From assembly GCA_951406725.2 (NCBI GenBank), contig OX597830.1:38130001-38194000 (forward strand): 64,000 nucleotides of DNA, written 5' to 3'. The notes beneath the pieces were generated by a model. It made no database searches, was not told the origin of the DNA, and saw only the letters and a program-made list of their open reading frames with translations. The first letter of the stretch is position 1; every line of letters begins with the position of its first letter. Both the position numbers and the translations under genes were made by a program. Shown here piece by piece: positions 26,895 to 40,834 of this stretch. The DNA comes from Octopus vulgaris. Lineage: Eukaryota.

Positions 26895-27660
26895 ATATTT
26901 TCTATTGTAGGCATAAAATCTAAAAAAACTAGGCGAAGGTCATGTCAATTATATCACCCCACTGGTCCTCGACCACGAAAGCAGGAAATGAAAAATTTAA
27001 ATTCTAAGCATACAGGGGGAACAAATGCCGCTAAGCGTTTTGTTCGACGTCCTAGCGTTATTGCCAAATCAATAATCATACATTTTAATGTTACTTATAA
27101 TTTTAAAGCTTACACAATCTTTAGCACGCCGGGCAAAGTGCTTAGCATTTCGTCCGTCTGAAAGTCCGAGTTCAAATTCCACCGAGGTTCAATTTTGCTT
27201 TTCATCATTTCAGGGTCGATAAAATGAGTACTACTTAAGTGCTGGGGGCCGATGTAATTGACTTTTCACCCAAAATTTCAGGCTTTGTACCTATAGTAGA
27301 AAGGATGATACTTTAGCACGCCATGCGGAATGCTTAGCGGTATTTCGTCTGCCGCTAGGTTCTGAGTTCAAATTCCGCCGAGGTCGACTTTGCCTTTTAT
27401 CCTTTCGGGGTCGATAAATTAAGTGCCAGTTACGCACTGGGACCGATGTAATCGACTTAATCCCTTTGTCTGTCCTTGTTTTTCCCCTCTATGATTAACC
27501 ACTTGTGGGCAATAAAGAAATAAGAAACATTATCGAATCATTATCACGCAAGACGAAAGGATTAGCGTTCTGACTTCAAATTCCACTGAAGTTCATTTTG
27601 CGTTTCATCCTTTTGGGGTCGATGAAATGAATACCATTTAAGTACTGGTGTCCACATAAG
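26895..27660. mobile_element. Cluster of SINE family B copies (one degraded minus copy at about 26895-27070; plus copies at about 27120, 27312, 27540)
   Basis: Repeated TTCAAATTCC.CCGAGG..TTTGC.TTTCATC..GGGTCGAT cores. Confidence 0.8.
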
Positions 27661-28481
27661 TTACTAATTCCTCGAAATCAATATTACTTATAAGTGTATC
27701 TTAAATGAGGAGACATTTTGTGCGTCACATCCTTTTTCAAGCATTAACAAATGAATCTTACTTTCGAGCATTTTTGAAAAATATCTATAAGGCAAAGTGA
27801 GGCATTACCATAGTCCTGCAGCAGGCAATAGAAAAGGGTTTTGTTTCATATATATTTGAAACTGTATTAATAAACATTACAGTCTCGTTACCCAAAATGA
27901 TGCCTTACATAATTATACCATATGTAGAAATACTACATTAGCTAAAATAATGTATGCAACTAAATGTACTAGAGAGATAAAACTTGAAAATTGTGGGGAA
28001 CAATTAATTGAAATAAGTGACCCAAACACTGAAACATGTAATATGGGAGACAATGACACAAACAACACGGACAGTAACGTCAGTGAAAGTGTAACGATTT
28101 CACATATTACAGCCTGCTCGTATAGGAGCTGCATGAAAGCAGACAAAATTATGCGTCTCTAACAGCTGTTATTCTCTGAAGGAAGTACCAAGAATATAAA
28201 GAAGATGGAAACATTGAATGTGTTTAAAATTATCATTATGATAATATATAGAAATTCAAGATCAATATCCCGAAGTTGCGGCTGTATTCAACATCAAAAT
28301 GCTTAGTAGTACATTTGGTTACATGCGAACCTAGCTTAAGATTTGTATAAATGACACGCATGTTGCAGTAGGTTATTTAAATTTTATCTTCCTTTAATGA
28401 TTGTGTCTTACTGAAAATTTTTATCTCCATGCAAATACATCTGAGTTGTACATTCATACAAACATACACTCACACATACCC

Positions 28482-28528
<47 letters not shown>

Positions 28529-30712
28529 GCATTTCTTTGCTACGTAAGCTCTACGTTTCAGTGAGAGCATGATTGATATATTTGTAATCAGATTCACTCT
28601 TATTCATGTGTAATGAAAACATTCAAATGCTAAAATAGATATCTATTTAATTGTAATGCAGATAGTGACTTCGAAATTTTGGCCAGCTAAGGTATTGCGT
28701 GACAATGGGGTAGCTGGTCAAAACTTCAATTTACTGTCAACAACGATCTTCTATAAGAATAATAAAGTTGTATTCTACAAATGTAGATAGCGACCCATCA
28801 GATTAATGTAAAATTGGCTTATTATTACGGAACATAAAAATAAATACACACATATATTTATGTGTGCGTGTATAAGTGTATATATATGCGGTCATACATA
28901 CATTAGAAAATTGGAATTCCTATAAAATAGAAGAAATAGCTATATTTATTCTAGAGAAAATGCTTTCCTAAGGACTCTGTTGTATTCTATGGGGATGTGT
29001 CAGGTTATTTCTGTAATATATTTTGGAAACTGAGTGTTGATAGATATCGTTCCCTCTCCTGGAACCAATTTTCTGTCAATCTAAATGCAGAGAACTTGAA
29101 TGTGTTCTGCATAAGCAATTTAAATTTTCGGAGTATATTTAGTCTAAGCAGGCAAATATTTAAGATGAGAGAGGTAATGAAAAAAACATGAAGTACGAAA
29201 GTGAAAATGATAACTACTTGTATTCTTAAAGATACGAATACTTTTATGACACGCCATAATTAGACAGAGAATTGGCATGAATACGGAATGCTTGGTTAAA
29301 TGCCAAATATCATTTTTGTTTTAATCTCAGATGTTGTATAAGTTCCAGTTACCATCCTTTTCTCCTTGTTCATTTCAAAGCTAAAAGCATTTGGTAGTTC
29401 ATTCAACAATTGTAAAGACACCTTTAAACGACTGCAGTTTCATAGGAAACAAGCAAACAAAATTATTGTTCTACTTAGGAAAAAAATAGCATTATCTCAT
29501 ATACTGATTAGAATTAAGTTATATAAAGGCGACAAGCTCGGGATATTTGATCATCAAGTTAAATACAGAATACGTGGACTGAATTTGATCTTTACTACTA
29601 TGACAGTATCCTAAAAGTTTTGCGGTTTTCATGAACCATACGAGTGAACGTAAGAGTCATTGTATTATTCGAACTTGGAAACATTAAATATGATATAAGA
29701 TTTATGTACTTGATAATTGAAGGTCATTTATCTTAACATTATGGTCAGCTTATTGGTATTATTTATATTTAACTACGTATACTTTCTGCTTGAAAAATTA
29801 TACTGTCCTATTCATCTACCAATAGTTATGTATAATGGATTCACTCACGTTATGCAGTAACCAGCGACTTTCGTTTTTTAATTCTGATTCTCGAGTTGCT
29901 GCCATTGTATACAGAAATGTAAATGTATTTATTTCGATCTCATAATTCGAAACACAGAGATATCAGTTCTTTGATTTGAGTAAGATATATGGAGAGGTTG
30001 TTAAGTTTAGCAATTCAGAAAACTACAAGTAGTAATAGTTATGTGTCATAGTGGTCAATTACTTGCATATAACCGAGAAAATTATGTCCAACAAAGTGTA
30101 AATTGTTATCATGGTGAGTTGCCGAACGACACTAAAATAATACAGATACCTGTATAATGTGATTTTTATTGATTCACACTCCATTACCAACATTTATATA
30201 AAGCAAAGTATAATTCTACTGAAAGCAAATGGCATCATGTTTCTCACTGAAATAGATATTGTTGGTGCTGATTGGTACTATTAAACAAATATATGCTACA
30301 TTCAATTAATTGCATATTATCAAAATTCTAAATGACGTACGGAAGTATTGGTTCGTTGATTAAAAGTTCAGAACCGAGTGCGGAGATGGTATAATATTTT
30401 CTAAAAAAATTAGTATGACGTATTTACACGAGGGAGGCTGTTTCATGGCTAATTAACGCGTAGTCAATATTTCCGAACGCCAGCGCTTGGAATGTTGTTC
30501 TGCTCTATTAAATACATTATGGCTTCCCGGAGTTTCCATGGACAGTATAATTTCATTGTACTTGAGAGAAATTAATGAACTAACAATATCAACTGACACA
30601 CTTGAAAGCACATATCCTTTAACAGAATAGGTAATATTTACACAAAACTCTCGTATAGATAGCACCTATGAGTTTGTGTATAAATATGTATTTAAGAAAT
30701 ATATATACTTGG

Positions 30713-30769
<57 letters not shown>

Positions 30770-31114
30770 ATGTGTTGGTATCAAATATACTTAGACACAC
30801 AGGCACACGCATACAAACATATATGTAAGCAAAGATCCAAGCAAAAATGCAGAGTTATATAAAAGTTTACAAGCTCACACACACCAACAGACAGGTACTA
30901 ATATATATTCCTAAATACATACATATATATATACGCGCACACACATATGACATATGGCTGTCGAGATGGCAAGAAAATATTTGAGACTTATTTACATTAG
31001 AGATTTAGAATATCGGAATTATAAAAAAAAGACATTAAACGCTCAACGGAGAGAATCAACTGCAAATTTCGAAGAAAAGTAATACCTATGACATATGAAT
31101 ATTTTATAAGTGAG

Positions 31115-31310
31115 TCAATATATACTTTAGTACGTTGAATCGTTAGCATATCGGCCGAATTGCTTTCCGGCATTTCGGTCGTCTTTACGTACTGAGTGCA
31201 AATTCCCCCTGGGTCAATTTGCCTTTGTTGCTTTCTAGGTCCATAACCTACGCAACAGTTGACCTGTGGGGTAGATATAAATACTGGCCTTCTACCCAAA
31301 TTCGAAACCA
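31115..31310 (+). mobile_element. Degraded SINE family B
   Basis: GAATCGTTAGCA..GGCATTTCG.TCGTCTTTACGT.CTGAGT.CAAATTCC. Confidence 0.65.
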
Positions 31311-31591
31311 TGATTTACTTTAATTTTATCGCAAATGTCTATAGAAGAGAATTCTGAATATACTAAGAAATATTTCAGCCAAATTGATATTTCTGCTCAT
31401 TTTGGAGGATTTTTATTTAAACAAATACTACAATATTGTTATGTCCACACACTTGCATGCACACCACACACATATGCGCACATATACATACGAAACACAT
31501 AATTAATGTGCAGACGGATGTTTCACTCTATGAATTGTACAACCTATCTACACCAGTTCTCTTACACTGTCTCTCTCCCTCTCTCTTTCCT

Positions 31592-31628
<37 letters not shown>

Positions 31629-31722
31629 TATATACATTCATACATATAGACGTTCATACCAACAGAAACATGCACACCTGCACAACACACAAATGCATAT
31701 ATTTTTATAAGTCTATATATAT

Positions 31723-32125
31723 AGGCGCAGGAGTGGCTGTGTCGTAAGTAGCTTGCTTACCAACCACATGGTTCCGGGTTCAGTCCCACTATGTGGCAAC
31801 TTGGGCAAGTGTCTTCTACTATAGCCGCGGGCCGACCAAAGCCTTGTGAGTGGATTTGGTAGACGGAAACTGAAAGAAGCCCGTCATATGTATATATATA
31901 TATATGCTTGTGTGTGTTTGTGTGTCTGCGTTTGTCCCCCTAGCATTGTTTGACAACCGATGCTGGTGTGTTTATGTCCACGTCATTTAGCGGTTCGGCA
32001 AAAGACATCGATAGAATAAGTAGTGGGCTTACAAAGAATAAGTCCCAGGGTCGAGTTGCTCTATTAAAGGCGGTGCTCCAGCATGGCCGCAGTCAAATGA
32101 CTGAAACAAGTAAAAGAGTAAAAGT
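31723..32125 (+). mobile_element. SINE family A, full length, with TSD
   Basis: Complete head to tail; TATAAGTCTAT at 31706-31716 and 32134-32144. Confidence 0.93.
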
Positions 32126-32236
32126 GAGATACATATAAGTCTATTACTTCTGTTTGATTTCTTGAATATCCAAACACTTCTGCAAATTAATCTTCACAGG
32201 GGATGTGGATGGGTAGTCTTTCGACATGCATGATAT

Positions 32237-32633
32237 TCTTTTACTTTTTACTTGTCATTTGACTGCGGCCATGCTGGAACACCGCCTTCAGTCGAGCAAA
32301 TCTACTCCAGGACTTATACTTTGTAAGCCCAGTACTTATTCTATCGGTTTCTTTTGCCGAACCCCTTAGCTACGGGGACGTAAACTTACCAGCATCGGGT
32401 GTCAAGCGGTGTTGGAAGGACAAACACAGACACACAAACACACACTCACACATATATACATATACATATATACGACTGGCTTTCGGTTTCCGTCAACCAA
32501 ATCCACTCACAAGGCTTTGGCCAGCCCGAGAATATAGCAGAAGACACTTGCCCAAGTTTCCACGTAGTGGGGCTGAACCCGAAACCATGTGGTTGGTAAA
32601 CAAACTACTTACTACACAGCCAATCTTGCACCT
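32237..32633 (-). mobile_element. SINE family A, full length, inverted relative to the previous copy
   Basis: Reverse complement of the family A sequence. Confidence 0.92.
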
Positions 32634-32739
32634 ATTTTGAATGATTGATGAGAAAAGTATACAGTTTGAAGATGTGAGACTTGAAATATTCTAATATCAT
32701 AATTATTCACTTAAATTTGTTGAGCACATCCAATATATA

Positions 32740-32940
32740 ATCCTTTCTACTAAAGAAGCCACGTGTGAAAGTTTGGTGGAGGTATTTAGTCGATTACATC
32801 AACCCCAGTACTCAATTAGTAGTTATTTCATGAACTTTGAATGGTCAAAATGCAAAGTCGACTCCAGTGGAAATTGAGCTCAGAAGAAAGACGGACAAAA
32901 TGCCGATAAGCAATTTGTCCGACATGCTAACGATTCTACA
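32740..32940 (-). mobile_element. Degraded SINE family B
   Basis: GTCGATTACATCAACCCCAGTACT..GCAAAGTCGAC..GGAA.TTGA.CTCAGAA. Confidence 0.65.
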
Positions 32941-33595
32941 AGAACGCAATGTTTTTAGTCTGTTTGTAGTGAATTCTGTTAAATTTCTTCTGAATCGTAT
33001 ATCCGAACTAAAATGTATCTCTTTCTTATTGATTGTTGTTGAATTATCAACAATCAGAATTAAAACCCGGGGATTTTATTGGTGAATACAAGGATTATGA
33101 TAGAGCCGGTAGAAGCGGATTAGTTTAGATAAATTGGGCTAATCTGAAGTAATTATATATAACTTTAATTGTGATAGCTTGCTACGGAATGTAAGAATAG
33201 ATTTCAAGACTAAGAATTTGTATTGAATAGAGGAAAAATAGAATATGCGTATCTGTCTGTGCGTATTTGTCGATTTAAGAGCAAGTGGAACATTTTGGCC
33301 TTAGTGCAGCAAGGTATTTTCAGAAAATTAGACCTTAGGAGGTAATATAGTTCTCCTGATTTCATATGATATATTTCTGATGCATATTGACAATGTAGTG
33401 TCATTTTGTCACACTTTTAAGGAGCGCTTCGGGAAATGCAGCACTGGGGTATATGTCATGAATGATAAATGAAAGTTCAATAAAATGAAGCATTGGTCAT
33501 ATTATATGGATACGAACGTGTTTCTTGAGGCCTACTGGTGCCCTGCAAACCTTTTGGCAAATAGAATAACTTGAGGACTCAGTTTTCTTGAGTGC

Positions 33596-34482
33596 TTATG
33601 GATTATCTATTACGTATTTTCTTGAGTGGACGGCTAGGCCTGAATTGCTTCGTACCACAAAACCACAATGGGAGGTAAAATTTCCATTTAGAGGAGCAGT
33701 GTTTTGCCAGCGTGCTCTCATGCTTGTATGAAGTTGGCCCCGGTGATGGAGTCGATTTTGCTCAAATTTTTTAACTACGGAGAAGCAGGAGTAGCGCCAG
33801 GTCCTGCGTTCTGATGCTTCGTCTTCACAGGAAGGAAAGGGAATATTGCATCGTTTGAGGTTGTCTTTTAGTTTGTGTTTGAAGCGCAAGGGTGGCCTTC
33901 CAACTTATCTTCCTGTTGGGAATTTGCCAAAGAGAGCTTACTTCGGAATTCTGATGCCACTCATACGCGAGTAATCTGTATTTTGATGAGGATGGCTTCA
34001 ACACCTGATACGTTGCATTTTATAAGTACCTCACTGTTAGGAATATGATTGCTCGGTTTTATATTGAGACAAAACTCAAGCATTGCAAATAAAAAGCGTC
34101 AAGCTGACTGATGTGCTTTCAATCCAAAGTCCAAGATTTAGAACTTTTAAGCAATATTCTTAAGACGACCAACTTATATACATTAACTTTCATCTTCAAC
34201 GATATATCGTGGCTGTTCCATAGCCTATGATAAGGTTTAACGAAATCGGAGCTAGTCTTGCCCATTCTGGACTGGATTTCTTTATCTATCTTCACATCAT
34301 TGGAGCCGGGATAAGTGTAGGACTGAACAGTTTTCTAAAGTTTTCCCATAAACATATACAGTAGGGTCAACAGCGAGAAGACGGTTACGGATGGGGTGAG
34401 AGACAAGCTCAGTTTTTTTTATGTGATGATCAGACAGAAGTCTTTCGATGCACACGGGAAGTTGTTTAGAATCCATTGCATA
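33596..34482 (-). pseudogene. 5'-truncated, degraded RTE (BovB-like) LINE
   Basis: Minus strand: KKTE..DKEIQSRMGK..RLWNSHDISLKMKVNVYK..IPNSEVL..RIPK.ALFG..GRPPLRFKHKLKDNLKRC..RRTWR..HCG..SNSGLAVHSR. Confidence 0.85.
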
Positions 34483-34520
34483 TATTCATCAATAGTGTGT
34501 GCAACATATATATATATATA

Positions 34521-35010
34521 CCAGAACTTAAAAAAAGAAAATATGCACACTTACATGGTTTTAATATAATTTCTAATATATCGACCGGTTTCGCTCTCGC
34601 TATTCATGATATTCTATTTTATTTATTTAAATATGTATTTTTTCTTAAGAAATTTTGTCCATGTTGTGCGTGATGATATTCACGAGTGAATGACTTCACA
34701 AGTAGATAAATAAGGGGAGGTAATTGGTTATCGTTATTATTGTTGTGGGTAAGGAAGATAACTGTTCAGCTTTCGGTAATGGGAGGAGAATATATATGGA
34801 CTGACAAAAACAAACTTCGGAAACCTTGTTTAGTGAAGGGATTTATTATACAGTGGTGTAATCGTGAATTGAAATATATAAAAAGATAAAAGTTGGTTAT
34901 CCGTGCATATTAAGACGTGTTCTGTATTTTTCAATGACAAAAGTTTCTTTATTTAAACGTTCCTGTGCAGATATTGAGTCTTTGCACTATCCAGAAAGAT
35001 CGACTATTAT
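34521..35010 (-). mobile_element. Old Penelope-like 3' remnant (endonuclease C-terminus plus pLTR with a decayed hammerhead) ending in (TA)n
   Basis: Minus strand CKDSISAQERLNKETFVIEKYRTRLN (about 34910-34985), then GCGAAACCGGTCGATAT at about 34578-34594. Confidence 0.55.
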
Positions 35011-37784
35011 GATTTATTCAGTCATCAAATTATATCTGTGTAATTAATTGATATATAAAACGAATATTCAATAAGTTATTCTAATACTGGTCAAGATTCC
35101 TAGTTCTCCACATAAAGCATGGAGGTTTTTTGCAAGTCATAGAGAAATTAAATTTGTTAATGTCTGAGATGAGATATTACTAATACAATTGTAATTTCTC
35201 CAATAATCAATCCCCTACTTAGAGACGAAACAGTCATCCGTAATAATCAAGTTTACACGACGTTTCGCCTAATTTATCCTTCAAGCGTCATTATTTGTCT
35301 TATTTTTTATTATATCGATAATGTTGGGTTGAATTTTAAGTAGCAAATATAATTTAAGAACAAATATAGTCAAGTTTTTTTAAGGATATTTGGCCTGTTT
35401 CTGATGCCCATTAGTTATAGCATGCCGTTAGGTTTTAAACGCTTTAATGCATGATGAATGATTCATGTAATATTTCAAAAATATGCAAGCTAAAAGCATC
35501 GATAGCAAATCAACTTAGTAAGCAAAAATCAGAAATATTTGGCTATACACAATAGTTTTATCGGTTATATTTATTTATAACGAGTAGCAGGCATAGTTAG
35601 AGTTTTATATTTCGTTTTATAAATTTACAGTTTTCATGGTAAGTTGATAAAACTAGCTGAGTTCGACATGTGAGTGAATGGAGGTCAATTTTTATCGATT
35701 AAACGACAAGAGTACGAAACTGGCATCTAATGAAATGTGTGGCATGCATCATTGCTTGTGTTTAATCCAACCACCAACATCTCTTATCGACAGTAATTAT
35801 TGAATGATAATTATTTTAGCACCATTTTTGCGAGATATCATTTTAACACCATATAAAGTCGATAAGTTGCGACTGACTGTAAACTATAGAAATATTTGCA
35901 CGTGGAATGAATGAATGATGGTAAATTTTCATAATATTATTAATGAAGACAATTGAAAGTTGAAAAATCTCCGCTGAGATGTACGAATTAGTGCAATTGT
36001 AAATAAAGTTTAATGAGCAAAATTTAAAAGAAATATCTTTAATCGAAACAAATTCCTATACTTCTGCTGCTATTTGGGGTGTTGATTACCCATAGATCAT
36101 ACTCCACACGCTTTCACTTAAAAAAGAATGTGATGAAAGATTTGCAGCTTTTAAAATCTAGTATATTTCATGTACAAGGAAAATATTCATTGAATTTCGC
36201 AACAAGGGTTTCCCTTATTTCAAGATGACAGTGCGAAATGTAATATACTGGCATTCATATTAAAAGGTCTTGAGAAGATCAATAATTTTCTATACTGAGA
36301 CATACAGCAAAATGCTTAAATATATCACAAAATGTTTCCAAAGTAAGGAAAAATATTGCTGGTAAGATAGCGTCTCTTTAATTACATGACTATTGGTAAT
36401 AAGAAAAGGACAATTCCAGGGAGAAAATGCCCCTAGACATGAGTGAAACACTTTTTCTGGGTTATGATAGGCATCATCGATTTCTAGGACGCATGCTTCA
36501 TTGCTTTATCTGTTACAAAAACCAAATCAATCGTTTAAATCCGTGGATTATTTTCACAGCGAAAGTTCTTTTCACGTTTGAATACACTCGATCGTGTTAA
36601 ATATGACCTTACACGAATATACGTTTAATCAATGGTGACTTCCTGATTTGGTGCTTCAGTATCAAGAAAACAACCACGTACTAAAGAATTTCACTATTAA
36701 TTCCGACCTTCATATTCTCCTCACTGTACTGCTATGTAGAGTATAGCATATATTGATAATCTCTCTCTGATGGAAGTAGAGAGTAGAAATACATTTGAAA
36801 AAGTTACAGAAGACACGTTTTAACACTGCTAGTTGAAATAGTTATATCCTATAATTGTTTCAAAATTGTTATATATCATCTTAATATATTATATGATAGC
36901 AGTGTATTACAGAACGCAGGGTACATTTTAAAGGATATTGGGTCACGATTTCGAAACAACGATGTCCCTCATATTAGAAAAATGAATGAAAGAAATGAAA
37001 CACGCGAAGTGGAGAAAAAGAGACAAACGATTTAGCAAGAATGTCGCAATGAAGACATAAAGGTAACAAGAAAGTTCGAAGAAAGAAACAAAAATATATG
37101 CTCAGAAGAGAGACGAAAGTGAAAGTACAAAAATAACATAATAACTGCGACAGATAAATTAAAACTACGAAGATGTACATGTGAGGATTACGTCGTTGTG
37201 CGTTTCACGAGACAGTCAGAGAAAGAGAGATAACAAGCTAATCAATCTTTGTAGACAACACTGGTAACAATACGTCACTAACATTTCGTGCCGGAAATAT
37301 ATATATAATGTGGATATTTCAATAATCTTTCATACTACATACAAATGAAATCACCGTTGCCTAAAATGTCCAGGGGCAATACCCGCCTTGGGATACGTAA
37401 CACCTGATCACTAATGTCTCTACAACAAAATCATCGTAGTGAACTACACCAAATCTTGTTGCTATTCTAGCTGAATCTTTTAGCCGAAATGAATTGAGTT
37501 ATTAATAGCTGTAATGAAATTCTGTCAAATCCAGCTTCAGTAACTAAAACATCAGATAATAGGAAATCGTTGTTTTCGAATGTTATGGATTATAGGGAAT
37601 GTACGGCAACTAGCGTTAATGAAATGTTTCTAAAGCAGCGCTTAAATAGGCAGTGTAATAATGGATGACTATGTAGTTATTATAATTTATTACAGCCATA
37701 TTGTAAAAGTAAATTGTTATTCTCTTATGATTTCGAAACCTATTCCGAAAATAAGGACACGTGTAAATGTTAGATAACTGCGAT

Positions 37785-38109
37785 CTCTGTGCTCACAACC
37801 ACGATGTAGTGATTTCGATTTCCGCTCCGGGCTGTGTGCTGTGTTCTTGAGCAAGACACTATTTTCACTTTGTTCCAGTTCACTTAGCTGTAGAGATGAG
37901 TTGCCATGTCACTGGTGCCAAATTCTTTTGGCCTTTACCTTTCCATTTGATAATATGGGCAGCGTGGAGAGGGAAGGGTGGTATGCATGGGCACCTGCTG
38001 ATCCCTCATAAACAACCTTGCCCGGGTTTGAGCCCCAGAGGGTACCTATCTATGTGCAATTCCATGGTCATTCATGACCGAAGGGTGTCTCCACTCTTTA
38101 CCCTCTTAC
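37785..38109 (+). mobile_element. tRNA-derived SINE family C (V-domain-like)
   Basis: TTCGATT B-box remnant, TGTGTTCTTGAGCAAGACACT, 3' hairpin GGTCA-TTCA-TGACC and a short CTCTTTAC tail. Confidence 0.6.
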
Positions 38110-39382
38110 ACCAATAACAACCGCAACTTTTCTAATAAAATTGACATGGGAATGTACAAAATAACCAATCGACATATAGGAGCTAATAACGTTAAAATAT
38201 AGCATGTCAAAATATACATATGAAGTACAAGTCGTAAGTGCCTACTCTCACAATTATATAATATTCATTAATAATTTAATTTTAATTCTCATAATCTCCT
38301 GGATTTCACATTTATTATACATATTATATGTCCAGCAATATGATAACCAAATAGACCAATAGATTTCGTAAGAAGGGTACTGAACCTTGTCTAACATCAA
38401 CATGCAAACAGTGTCATATATGATATTTTGATTTGAAATAAAATTTGCTTCCAGTGATTCCATATGGCTACACTTCATCAGTTCCACTTAAATTTACCTA
38501 TCATACTACGGAATTATTACTAAATTATTCAGCTGCTTTTGGTTATGCTAATATTCTATATTACCTTATATCCATGAATATCCATACGGTAACTGCTAAC
38601 CAAATTATGACCTATTATTTTAAATTTTAGAATAATAGCCATCAGGTTCGGTCAGTTATAGAGGCATGCACTGTTTCTGTGTGTCGTTACATCCAGCATT
38701 TGTCGGTATTTACTTGGGTCGTCTCTGTCAAAGCAACGACTAGTGCCCCAGTCAGTTCACACCGTCTTTATATATTTCTCATCCGCAGTAACCACGTGAC
38801 ATATGGCTGACCAAAACGAGCGAAAACCCCAGTAAGCAATTATAAAAGAAGAACATAATACGCAGGGTCCAGCTCGGAAAGTCGAGCAGCATGATCAAAC
38901 AGGCTGTACTGAGGGCTCCCCCAAAAAGCAACTTGCACGATTCATTGGATATAGAATCAGAACATTTGTTCTGATATCCTTCATTATATTAGTTTAGTAT
39001 TTGTTAGTGATGGAATTATCAACTATCCTATTTTATCAAGTTAAGCGCATATATCATTTGTATAATTACTGATAGTTTTCAGAACACACTTATCTGTAAA
39101 TTTCATTTGTGATCTGTTTTATATTCTAAGAAATACAACCAAATTACAATATATCAGTGTATTCATAATCGTAATTCGACATGCTAATTACAACGATTCG
39201 AGAATTATGTGTTGCAGCGTGTCTACAGATATACACTTGACGTTTTCTATAAATATCAGAAATAAATTGCCTTCTCGTATATTTACGTCTTTATGTATCT
39301 AAATATATTTAGCTATGCATGTATTAATATATGCGTATATACATACGCATATATATACACATACGTATGTATATACATACGT

Positions 39383-39443
<61 letters not shown>

Positions 39444-40190
39444 CTTGTGTGTGTATGTGTGCTCGTGTGTGTACATGTATCTCTCTCTATCAGTCAATCT
39501 ATCTATCTTTTCCTCTATTTCTCTCTGTATAGATGTTTATATATGTATAAACTAAGATTTTACTTATTTCATTTGATGTACAGATGGACAGATTTTTCTT
39601 AGCTCGGTCCAATTAAATTTTGCACAAACATGCGTATACACATCCACACACAAACACACACACACGCATGCATATACACATACAGTGTGAGTGATATACG
39701 TATACCGAGAGTAGGAGAGAGTGTGGTAACTATTCAGAGATAAGGGAATTTTACAATGAGCACAGCGTAAATGAAAGAGGTAGAAAAATAGGGAGAGGGA
39801 GATGGAGAGAGAGAGAGGGAGAGAGACGCAAAATTTTGAAATTTTAAAATTAAGTGAGACTTTTCAAATTTGGATGAGTATTATATTTTTTCACGCTGAA
39901 TCCGGTTTTCAGTGTCTTTTATTCTAGAAACATTTTAGGAATGTTTTCCTGAGGCGTGAAGTTTGATAATTTTTACCCAATCAAAAAACACAATTTGGAA
40001 GCTATCATTACCTGCGTGATAGCTGTCATAAAATGAAAGTGAATATTACAGTGACAAAGCTTTAAAGTAAATATGTGAGTGAGAGAGAGAGAGAGAGAGA
40101 TGGGGTGAGGAGAGAGAAAAAGTTGGGTGAGGAGAGAGCCTAAAACATTGTTTGGAGCTGTATAACTTGTATAAATATACCTAGTTAAAA

Positions 40191-40622
40191 TATTGGGTTG
40201 GCAACTAAGTTCCCGCGGTTTTTTAAATTTTGATATTTATTGCGTTTTTAAATTTTGGAATCTTTTTTTTTCGAGAATTTTATTTTTGAATTTTTTGGAA
40301 TCTATTTATTTTCTAGCTAATTTTAGTTAATTTTTGTTTATATTAAAATCTTTAAAATGGAATGTCATGTTAAGAAAAACGAGCATTTTCGACACCACCG
40401 TTTTGCTTTTAATCAAGGTTCTAAGGCAGCAAAAGCTGTGCTGTGTATGGAGAAGATGCCATAGTTGAAAGAACACTTCCTGATTTTGCACCAACGGATT
40501 TCGACCTTTTTTTATCTCAGTCAAATGCTATGCACGGAGTTTCGCTCAATACTGATGCAGAATTGAGAGCTTGGTTGGATCAAATTTTCAAGTCGAGATC
40601 GAGTGGTTTCTACCAACAAGGT
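40191..40622 (+). pseudogene. Internally deleted mariner element (left TIR plus transposase remnants)
   Basis: TATTGGGTTGGCAACTAAGTT TIR; MECHVKKNEHFRH..FNQGSKAAKA..VYGEDAIVERT joined to PDFAPTDFDLF..WLDQIF..FYQQGI. Confidence 0.85.
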
Positions 40623-40640
40623 ATATATATATACGCATAC

Positions 40641-40698
<58 letters not shown>

Positions 40699-40716
40699 AT
40701 ACATACATATACAGAT

Positions 40717-40760
<44 letters not shown>

Positions 40761-40834
40761 ATACATACAACTCTCTCTCACTCTCTTTCTCTCTATCTAT
40801 CTATATATCTATACATACATACATACGTACACAT

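Noticed and set aside
27913-28162. 70-aa ORF as a possible host exon or pogo C-terminus
   Set aside because: No recognisable domain or supporting splice context
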